Shown one piece after another: positions 34,682 to 41,395 of a DNA stretch of 42,630 bases (positions are counted from its first letter, which is position 1; each line of letters starts with the position of its first letter). The stretch covers positions 1 through 42,630 of the forward strand of contig JAGVUU010000297.1 in the NCBI GenBank assembly GCA_019136105.1, given 5' to 3'. Below the pieces are notes generated by a model. It did no database searches. It saw nothing but the letters and a program-made list of their open reading frames with translations, and was not told where the DNA came from. Origin of the DNA: Gammaproteobacteria bacterium. Lineage in GTDB: Bacteria > Pseudomonadota > Gammaproteobacteria > Steroidobacterales > Steroidobacteraceae. The position numbers and the translations under genes are program-made.

Positions 34682-34920
34682 AACTGCGCATGCTGACGGG
34701 CATCGCACTGGTCGTCCTGGCGGCGAGTGGTTGCGGGCTGAAGGGGCCGCTCTACTTGCCGGAGAAGTCGGACGTCACGATCCGTCCGGCGCCAGCCGCA
34801 ACACCGCCGGAGGCATCGGCCGAGCCCGCGCCCGCCACCGAGCCGAAGCCTGCACCGGAGCCCGCGCAGAAACCGGAAGAGCCGCCGAAGGATCCCCAGG
34901 CCGGACCCAACCGTGGCTGA
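34678..34920 (+). CDS. lptM: LPS-assembly lipoprotein LptM (YifL-like) with Pro/Ala/Glu-rich tail
   Basis: LAASGCGLKGPLYLP compares with E. coli YifL LTGCGLKGPLYFP. The GTG overlaps the thioesterase stop, and the lptM stop overlaps the polA GTG start. Confidence 0.7.
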   Translation: MKLRMLTGIALVVLAASGCGLKGPLYLPEKSDVTIRPAPAATPPEASAEPAPATEPKPAPEPAQKPEEPPKDPQAGPNRG

Positions 34921-37672
34921 GCCGCGCACGCTCGTCCTGGTGGACGGCTCGTCGTACCTGTACCGGGCCTTCCACGCACTGCCGCCGCTCACCAACTCGC
35001 AAGGTGAACCCACGGGGGCGGTCCTCGGCGTGCTCAACATGCTGCAGAAGCTGCTCAAGGAGCAGGACCCGCCGCTGATCGGCGTGGTGTTCGACGCGCC
35101 GGGCAAGACGTTCCGCGACGAACTGTTCGCCGAGTACAAAGCCCATCGCCCGCCGATGCCCGACGACCTGCGGGCGCAGGTCGACCCGCTCATCACTGCC
35201 GTCGAGGCGCTGGGCCTGCCGCTGCTGCGGGTGCCGGGTGTCGAGGCCGACGACGTGATCGGCACGCTCGCGCGCCGTGCGGCGCAAGACGGCCTGCGAG
35301 TGCTCATCTCCACCGGCGACAAGGACATGGCGCAGCTGGTGGACGACCGCGTCACGCTGGTCAACACGATGACCGATTCGTCGCTCGACCGCGCGGGCGT
35401 GAAGATCAAGTTCGACGTCTACCCCGAGCAGATCGTCGACTACCTCGCGCTGGTCGGCGACACCTCGGACAACATCCCGGGCGTGCCGAAAGTCGGCCCG
35501 AAGACCGCGGCGAAGTGGCTCAACCAGTACACGACGCTCGACAACCTGCTCGCGCACCAGGACGAGATCGAGGGCAAGGTGGGCGAGAGCCTGCGCGCGC
35601 ACACCGCCGACCTCGCCCTGTCACGGCAGCTCGCCACGATCGACTGCGCACTCGAGCTCGAGCTGAAGCCGGACGAATTGCGGCGCCGCGACCCCGACGT
35701 GCCGCGCCTGCGCGAGCTGTTCACGAAGCTCGAGCTGCGTTCGCTGCTGAGGCAGTTGCCGGGCGCGACGGCGGAGCCGCCGCCGCTGCCTTCCGACCAA
35801 CCCTCCACGCAGCCCTCCCCCGCGGTGGCGGCAGCAAGCGCCCAGAGCTCGCGTGAGGCGTTCCCGCGCCACTACGAAACCGTCCTGACCGAGGAGCAGC
35901 TCGACGCCTGGCTCGAACGCCTGCGCAACGCCCAGGTCTTCGCGTTCGACACCGAGACCACGTCGCTCGACTACATGCAGGCCGAGATCGTGGGTGTGTC
36001 GTTCTGCGTCGAGCCCGGCCACGCGGCCTACGTGCCGCTCGCGCACACCTGCCCGGGCGCACCCGTCCAGCTGAATCGCGAGGCCGTGCTCGGGAAGCTC
36101 AAGCCGCTGCTCGAGGACGCGTCGCGGCCGAAGCTCGGCCATCACCTGAAGTACGACGCGCACGTCCTGCGCAATCATGGCATCGAGCTCCGGGGCATGC
36201 GCTACGACTCGATGCTCGAATCGTACGTGCTGAACAGCACGGCCACGCGCCACGACCTCGACTCGACCGCGAAACATTACCTCGGCGTCGACACGATCCA
36301 CTACGAAGACGTGGCCGGCAAGGGCGCGAAGCAGCTGCCGTTCAGCGAAGTGCCGGTCGAGAAGGCCGCGGAGTATTCCGCCGAGGATTCCGACGTCTCG
36401 CTGCAACTGCACCGCGCGCTGTGGGCGGAACTCGAGCGCCTGCCGCGACTCAAGCAGCTGTACGAGGAGATCGAGCAGCCGCTCGTGCCCGTGCTGCTCG
36501 ACATGGAGCACCTGGGCGTGCTGATCGACACGGCGATGCTGCGCAAGCAGAGCCACGAGATCGCGAAGAGCCTGATGGCGCTCGAGCAGTCGGCGCACGC
36601 CGCTGCAGGCTCGCCGTTCAACCTCGACTCGCCGAAGCAGCTGCAGGAAATCCTGTTCGGCAGGCTCGGCCTGCCGGTGAGCCGCAAGACGGCGACCGGC
36701 CAGCCCTCCACCGCGGAGGACGTGCTCGAGGAGCTTGCGACCGACTACGAGTTGCCGCGCATCATCCTCGAATACCGCGGGCTCGCGAAGCTCAAGTCCA
36801 CGTACACCGACAAGCTGCCCGGCCAGGTGGACCCGCGCACGGGCCGCGTGCACACGTCGTATCACCAGGCCGTTGCCGCCACGGGGCGGCTCTCGTCCAC
36901 CGACCCGAACCTGCAGAACATCCCGGTGCGCACGCCCGAGGGCAGGCGCATCCGCCAGGCATTCATCGCACCGCCCGGTCACGTGCTGATGGCGGCCGAT
37001 TACTCGCAGATCGAGCTGCGCATCATGGCGCACCTCTCGGGCGACGCGAGCCTGCTGCGCGCGTTCGCCGAGGATCGCGACATCCACCAGGCGACCGCGG
37101 CTGAGGTGTTCGGCCTCGAGGCCTCGGCCGTCACCGCCGACCAGCGTCGCGCCGCGAAGGCGATCAACTTCGGCCTGATCTACGGCATGTCGGCGTTCGG
37201 GCTCGCACGCCAGCTCGGCATCGAGCGTGGCGCTGCACAGAAGTACGTGGACCTCTACTTCGAGCGCTACCCCGGGGTGAAGCGCTACATGGACGACACG
37301 CGCGCCCAGGCCCGCGAACAGGGTTTCGTCGAGACGGTGTTTGGACGGCGGCTCTACCTGCCCGACATCCGTTCCCGCAACCAGGGGCTGCGCCAGTATG
37401 CCGAGCGCAGCGCCATCAACGCACCGATGCAGGGCACCGCCGCCGACATCATCAAGCGCGCGATGATCGACGTGCACGGCTGGCTCGCCCGCGGCGAGAT
37501 GCCGGCGCGGCTCGTCATGCAGGTGCACGACGAACTCGTGCTCGAGGTGCGCGAAGACGCGATCGGCGACGTGGAGCGCGGCGTCCGCGAGCGCATGGCA
37601 TCGGCGGCCGAGCTGCGGGTGCCGCTCAAGGTGGATATCGGCCGCGGCCCGCATTGGGACGCCGCCCACTAG
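34913..37672 (+). CDS. polA: DNA polymerase I
   Basis: 919 aa. 5'-nuclease N-terminus LVDGSSYLYRAFHA. 3'-5' exonuclease FAFDTETTSLD. Polymerase motifs DYSQIELR, RRAAKAINFGLIYG and QVHDELV. Confidence 0.97.
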   Translation: MAEPRTLVLVDGSSYLYRAFHALPPLTNSQGEPTGAVLGVLNMLQKLLKEQDPPLIGVVFDAPGKTFRDELFAEYKAHRPPMPDDLRAQVDPLITAVEALGLPLLRVPGVEADDVIGTLARRAAQDGLRVLISTGDKDMAQLVDDRVTLVNTMTDSSLDRAGVKIKFDVYPEQIVDYLALVGDTSDNIPGVPKVGPKTAAKWLNQYTTLDNLLAHQDEIEGKVGESLRAHTADLALSRQLATIDCALELELKPDELRRRDPDVPRLRELFTKLELRSLLRQLPGATAEPPPLPSDQPSTQPSPAVAAASAQSSREAFPRHYETVLTEEQLDAWLERLRNAQVFAFDTETTSLDYMQAEIVGVSFCVEPGHAAYVPLAHTCPGAPVQLNREAVLGKLKPLLEDASRPKLGHHLKYDAHVLRNHGIELRGMRYDSMLESYVLNSTATRHDLDSTAKHYLGVDTIHYEDVAGKGAKQLPFSEVPVEKAAEYSAEDSDVSLQLHRALWAELERLPRLKQLYEEIEQPLVPVLLDMEHLGVLIDTAMLRKQSHEIAKSLMALEQSAHAAAGSPFNLDSPKQLQEILFGRLGLPVSRKTATGQPSTAEDVLEELATDYELPRIILEYRGLAKLKSTYTDKLPGQVDPRTGRVHTSYHQAVAATGRLSSTDPNLQNIPVRTPEGRRIRQAFIAPPGHVLMAADYSQIELRIMAHLSGDASLLRAFAEDRDIHQATAAEVFGLEASAVTADQRRAAKAINFGLIYGMSAFGLARQLGIERGAAQKYVDLYFERYPGVKRYMDDTRAQAREQGFVETVFGRRLYLPDIRSRNQGLRQYAERSAINAPMQGTAADIIKRAMIDVHGWLARGEMPARLVMQVHDELVLEVREDAIGDVERGVRERMASAAELRVPLKVDIGRGPHWDAAH

Positions 37673-37852
37673 ACGCGGTCCAACGGCCCATTTTGTTGCC
37701 TCTTGGCAACGATTCCAGCCTATGCGCTTCCGCGTATGCGCGAGCGTACGTTTCGGGCGTAGCATTTGCGTCACAGGGAGAGCTCGGCCGACACGTTGGC
37801 CTCGCGGATGTCCCGCCCCAATGCGCTGCCGGCCGTCATTGGAGGAATCACC

Positions 37853-38359
37853 ATGAGATTCATCTTTGCGATCGTCGCCGCTGCAGCGTTCGCGATTTCG
37901 CCGGCCATGGCTGCCGAAAATGGCCCGTACATCGGAGCCGGCATCGGTGATTTCGGCGTCAAGGTCGACGGCTTCGACGCAAGCGACACCGGCTTCAAGG
38001 TGTTCGGCGGCTACCGGTTCATGGACTACTTCGCGGCCGAACTCGAGTACATCGACGGTGGCACCGCGGAAGACGGCGGGTTCGAGATCGACGTTTCCGG
38101 CTGGAACCTCTCCGGCATTGGCAGGCTGCCGATCGGCGAGAAGTTCAATGTGTTCGCCAAGCTTGGCATGATCTTCTGGGACGCCGACCTGGGCGGCATC
38201 GCCGGCGGCAGCGAGAGCGGCGAAGACTTCTCCTGGGGCATCGGCGCAGGCTATTCGTTCACCGACCAGTTCGGCGTGCAGGTCGAGTACCAGGGCTTCG
38301 AGATCGAGGACGCCGACACGGTGGACATGATCTCGCTCGGAGCGAGCTGGCAGTTCTGA
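37853..38359 (+). CDS. Small outer-membrane beta-barrel protein (OMP_b-brl type), paralogue 1
   Basis: GGAGGA Shine-Dalgarno sequence. Signal peptide ...AISPAMA-AE. Alternating beta pattern. C-terminal ...ISLGASWQF aromatic terminus. Confidence 0.75.
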   Translation: MRFIFAIVAAAAFAISPAMAAENGPYIGAGIGDFGVKVDGFDASDTGFKVFGGYRFMDYFAAELEYIDGGTAEDGGFEIDVSGWNLSGIGRLPIGEKFNVFAKLGMIFWDADLGGIAGGSESGEDFSWGIGAGYSFTDQFGVQVEYQGFEIEDADTVDMISLGASWQF

Positions 38360-38385
38360 CCGACCGTCGATTGCGTCGCAACTTC

Positions 38386-38416
38386 GGAGCCCGCCTCGAA
38401 GCGGGCTCCTTCTTCG
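38386..38416 (+). terminator. Intrinsic terminator: GGAGCCCGC-ctcgaa-GCGGGCTCC followed by TTCTTCG
   Basis: 9-bp perfect stem with a T-rich tail, 27 nt after the stop codon. Confidence 0.65.
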
Positions 38417-38479
38417 TGGGCCGTGCGGCCCGCCAACCATTAGACTGCCGTCATCTTTCACCCAGGAGGGTACGACATC

Positions 38480-39010
38480 ATGCGTAAGCAGATCCTGACC
38501 GGACTCGTCGCCACATTGGCCCTGACCACGTTGCCCGCGGTCGCCGCGGACAACGGCATCTACCTCGGGGCCAGCGTCGGCCAGAGCGGTCTCCAGATCG
38601 ATGATTTCGACTACGACGCCAGCGCAACCGGCTACAAGATCATCGCCGGCTGGCGATTCCTCGATTGGCTGGCCGTCGAAGGCAACTACGTCGATTTCGG
38701 CTCGGGCGACGACAGGGTCGCGGGCACGAAGATCGAGACCGAAGCGGACGGCATCTCGCTGTCGGCAGTGGGTTTCCTGCCGGTCGGGCCCGTGGACCTG
38801 TTCGCCCGCGTGGGCGCGGTGGACTGGAGCGCCGACCTCTCGTCGCCGGGCTTGGGCAGCGGCAGCGATGACGGCACCGACCTGACTTACGGCATCGGCG
38901 CCCAGTTCCGCGTCTGGAGCCTGAGCATTCGCGCCGAGTACGAAATGTTCGACATCTCGGACGCGGATCTCGACATGATCTCGTTGGGCGTCACCTGGAC
39001 GTTCCTCTGA
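38480..39010 (+). CDS. Small outer-membrane beta-barrel protein, paralogue 2
   Basis: AGGAGGG Shine-Dalgarno sequence. Signal peptide ...LPAVA-AD. Collinear similarity to paralogue 1 (NG.Y.GA..G......D.FD....TG+K...G+RF.D......Y.D.G ... D+ISLG..W.F). Confidence 0.75.
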   Translation: MRKQILTGLVATLALTTLPAVAADNGIYLGASVGQSGLQIDDFDYDASATGYKIIAGWRFLDWLAVEGNYVDFGSGDDRVAGTKIETEADGISLSAVGFLPVGPVDLFARVGAVDWSADLSSPGLGSGSDDGTDLTYGIGAQFRVWSLSIRAEYEMFDISDADLDMISLGVTWTFL

Positions 39011-39059
39011 GAACAGCCTGAAGCGGCGGCCCTGCGTGGTCGCCGTGGCTGACTGACCG

Positions 39060-39095
39060 GGGCCCGCTTCGCAGCGGGCCCTTTTTTATTTTTTG
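39060..39095 (+). terminator. Strong intrinsic terminator: GGGCCCGC-ttcgca-GCGGGCCC followed by TTTTTTATTTTTT
   Basis: 8-bp GC stem followed by a 13-nt T-rich run. Confidence 0.85.
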
Positions 39096-39190
39096 TTGAT
39101 TATCAACCCAAATATAGTCAGTCCGGAAACGTATTTAAGAAATCTGGATTGATTTTCAATGGGTGGCGCGATTCCTCCAGACGGAGGCAC

Positions 39191-39218
39191 GGAACTTCCA
39201 CTGGACCGCCCGCTCTAA
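39191..39218 (+). promoter_or_regulatory. Extracytoplasmic-stress sigma (sigmaE/AlgU-type) promoter: GGAACTT-N16-TCTAA
   Basis: The -35 is an exact GGAACTT (39191-39197). The spacer is 16 nt. The -10 TCTAA (39214-39218) compares with the consensus TCAAA/TCTGA. Confidence 0.5.
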
Positions 39219-39224
39219 GTTTTC

Positions 39225-39347
39225 GGGCATCCTGCGATGCCCAACGCCGGCCTACCTCCCTGGGCCTGGCGTTCACCCGGTCATCCCCCAACGCCGGGTT
39301 TGCCTTGCCCGGTTGGATCCGCTGGTCCAACCGGGTTTTCTTTTTCT
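39225..39347 (+). ncRNA. Candidate sigmaE-dependent small RNA of about 120 nt, at the Spot 42/ErsA-equivalent position
   Basis: The predicted TSS lies about 7 nt after the -10. Stem-loops: SL1 GGGCATC-ctgc-GATGCCC; SL2 AACGCCGGCC...GGCCtGGCGTT with loop UACCUCCCUG; SL3 CCCGG...CCGGG with loop UCAUCCCCCAACG. Terminator CCCGGTTGGA...TCCAACCGGG followed by TTTTCTTTTTCT (39308-39347). Convergent with engB and antisense to its last ~22 codons. Confidence 0.45.
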
Positions 39348-39934
39348 GGACGACTCGCCAGCAGCCGCAGCAGTGCTCCCCGGGCCTCGCCCACGCCGTC
39401 CCCGTTCAGCGCCGAGAAGAGCTGCACCGTCACCGCCGGACCCACCGCCTTCTGCACCGCCGCCATCGCCTGCCTGCCCGCGCCCCGGCCGAGCTTGTCG
39501 GCCTTGGTGAGCACGATGTGCACGGGTACCGACTGCGCCAGCGCCAGCTCGAGCATCGACTGGTCATGCTCGGTGAGCGGGTGGCGCACGTCCATCACCA
39601 CGATCGCGCCGCGCAGGCACTCGCGACGCTTGAAGTACCCCTCGATCAGCGTGCCCCAGTGCTCGCGCATCTGGCCCGGCACGGCCGCGAACCCATAGCC
39701 GGGCAGGTCCACGAGCCGCCGGCCGGCCTCGAGCTCGAAGAAGTTGATCAGGCGGGTTGCCCCGGGGGTCTTGCTGGTCTTGGCGAGGCCCTTGCGCTGG
39801 ACGATCGCGTTGATGGCAGTCGACTTGCCGGCGTTCGACCGGCCGGCCACGGCGACCTCGGCGCCGGTGTCCGGAGGGAACTGCCGGGCCTGGTGCGCGC
39901 TGGTCAGGAAGCGGACGCGGGGGAAGGCAGACAT
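39281..39934 (-). CDS. engB: Ribosome biogenesis GTP-binding protein YihA/EngB
   Basis: The internal ATG at 39934 gives MSAFPRVRFLTSAHQARQFP. G1 GRSNAGKST, DLPGYGFA and LTKADKL motifs. Confidence 0.9.
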   Translation of the reverse strand: MSAFPRVRFLTSAHQARQFPPDTGAEVAVAGRSNAGKSTAINAIVQRKGLAKTSKTPGATRLINFFELEAGRRLVDLPGYGFAAVPGQMREHWGTLIEGYFKRRECLRGAIVVMDVRHPLTEHDQSMLELALAQSVPVHIVLTKADKLGRGAGRQAMAAVQKAVGPAVTVQLFSALNGDGVGEARGALLRLLASRPEKENPVGPADPTGQGKPGVGG

Positions 39935-40015
39935 CGGACGCTGGCTCGGACGTCGGGTAGGGCCGTTAGTGTACAATTCTGCGGTTCCCCGCCCCTCTCG
40001 TTCGGAGTGGTCACT

Positions 40016-40624
40016 ATGTCCGCGAAGCTCGTCGCCGCCCTCTCGCTGGTGGCTTTCCTCGGCAGCGCTCCCGCATTCGCCGCAGGTTCCGTCGAAGCCG
40101 GCCAGGCCAAGTCCGCCACCTGCGGCGCCTGCCACGGCATGGACGGCAACAGCCTGAGCCCCGAATGGCCGAACCTCGCGGGCCAGCACGCCGGCTACAT
40201 CGAGAGCCAGCTCCGGGCGTTCAAGGCGGGCGAGCGCAAGAACGACCTGATGGCGCCGATGGCGATGATCCTGTCCGACGAGGACATGGCCGACCTTGCG
40301 GCGTTTTTCTCGACCCAGAAGGCCCGTGGCGGCGAGACCGAGCCGTCGAAGCTGGCGCTCGGCCAGCGCATCTACCGCGGCGGCGACGTGCAGCGGGGCC
40401 TGATTGCCTGCGCCGGCTGCCACGGCCCGAACGGCCGCGGCAACCCGCTCGCGGGCTATGCGTCGGTCCAGGGCCAGCATGCCGTCTACCTCGCAAACCA
40501 GCTGCGCGCCTTCAAGTCTGGCGCCCGCGCCACCGACCCGAACCAGATGATGCGCAACGTCGCGGCGCTGCTCACCGACGAAGAGATCGACGCGGTTGCG
40601 TCCTACATGCAGGGCCTGCGTTGA
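40016..40624 (+). CDS. Dihaem cytochrome c4
   Basis: Signal peptide, then two CxxCH haem sites (CGACH and CAGCH), each followed by Met-containing segments. The engB / c4 / dsbA synteny is classical. Confidence 0.9.
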   Translation: MSAKLVAALSLVAFLGSAPAFAAGSVEAGQAKSATCGACHGMDGNSLSPEWPNLAGQHAGYIESQLRAFKAGERKNDLMAPMAMILSDEDMADLAAFFSTQKARGGETEPSKLALGQRIYRGGDVQRGLIACAGCHGPNGRGNPLAGYASVQGQHAVYLANQLRAFKSGARATDPNQMMRNVAALLTDEEIDAVASYMQGLR

Positions 40625-40656
40625 ACCGGAAGGCCCGCGCCCGGTCATAGCCATTC

Positions 40657-41301
40657 ATGAGCACGTTCATCTCCCGCATTGCCCGCCCGCTCGTGGCGGG
40701 CCTGATGGTCCTCGCGGCCCAGTCCGCCCTCGCGGTCGACCTCGTCGAGGGTGTCAACTACAAGACGCTGAAGCCGGCCGTGCCCACGAACGTGGCGCCC
40801 GGCAAGGTCGAGGTCGTCGAGGTGTTCTGGTACGCCTGCGGCCATTGCTACCTGCTCGAGCCCAAGCTCGAAGCGTGGGAGAAGAAGGGCAAGCCCGCGA
40901 ACGTGGAGCTGATCCGCATGCCGGCCGTCTGGAACGAGCTGCTCAAGACCCACGCGCGGCTGTTCTACACGATCGAGATCCTCGGCCGGCCCGAACTGAA
41001 CAACGAGGCGTTCCGCGAGATCAACGTGCGCGGCAACCGCCTCGACACGCCCGACAAGATCGAGGCGTTCTTCACCTCGCGCGGCGTGCCCAAGGCCGAC
41101 TTCCAGAAGGCCTTCTCGGGCTTTGCGGTCGAATCGAAGCTCGCGCGCGCCACCGACCTCAACAAGCGCTACCGCATCACCAGCACGCCGACCGTGGTCG
41201 TGAACGGCAAGTACGTCACCGACGCCGGCATGGCGGGCGGCGAGGACAAGCTGTTCCAGGTGATCAACGCGCTCGCGGCGCGGGAGAAGCCGGCCGGCTG
41301 A
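40657..41301 (+). CDS. dsbA: Thiol:disulfide interchange protein DsbA
   Basis: Signal peptide, FWYACGHCY active site (CxxC) and TPTVVVNGKY cis-Pro loop region. Confidence 0.9.
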   Translation: MSTFISRIARPLVAGLMVLAAQSALAVDLVEGVNYKTLKPAVPTNVAPGKVEVVEVFWYACGHCYLLEPKLEAWEKKGKPANVELIRMPAVWNELLKTHARLFYTIEILGRPELNNEAFREINVRGNRLDTPDKIEAFFTSRGVPKADFQKAFSGFAVESKLARATDLNKRYRITSTPTVVVNGKYVTDAGMAGGEDKLFQVINALAAREKPAG

Positions 41302-41395
41302 TTCCGTGACGAAGGTGGCGTCCGCGGCTTCCACGGACGTCACCCGCGCAACCGCCCGGTAGGATGTTCCCGGCGTCCCTGCCGAGGTCCCCCTC

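Noticed and set aside
37695-37710. GTTGCC-tctt-GGCAAC hairpin after polA, considered as a terminator or regulatory RNA.
   Set aside because: It has only a 6-bp stem and no U-tract. Such a hairpin could easily arise by chance, and nothing else supports a function.
39108-39119. CCAAATATAGTC, an 11/12 match to the FlhDC-locus operator arm, lying about 70 bp upstream of the sigmaE-type promoter.
   Set aside because: It is only a single half-site. The best inverted partner (AACGTATTTAAG) is poor. One such near-match in about 85 kb of two-strand sequence is not clearly beyond chance, so it is recorded but not claimed as a binding site.
39225-39242. Hairpin GGGCATC-ctgc-GATGCCC considered as the engB (minus-strand) terminator.
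   Set aside because: On the minus strand it is followed by GAAAAC rather than a U-tract, and it lies 40 nt beyond the stop codon. It fits better as the 5' stem-loop of the plus-strand sRNA candidate.
41306-41340. Imperfect nested hairpin after dsbA (GTGAC...GTCCG-n9-CGGAC-GTCAC), considered as a terminator.
   Set aside because: The stems are short, the bulge is asymmetric and there is no T-run. It is not convincing enough to annotate.
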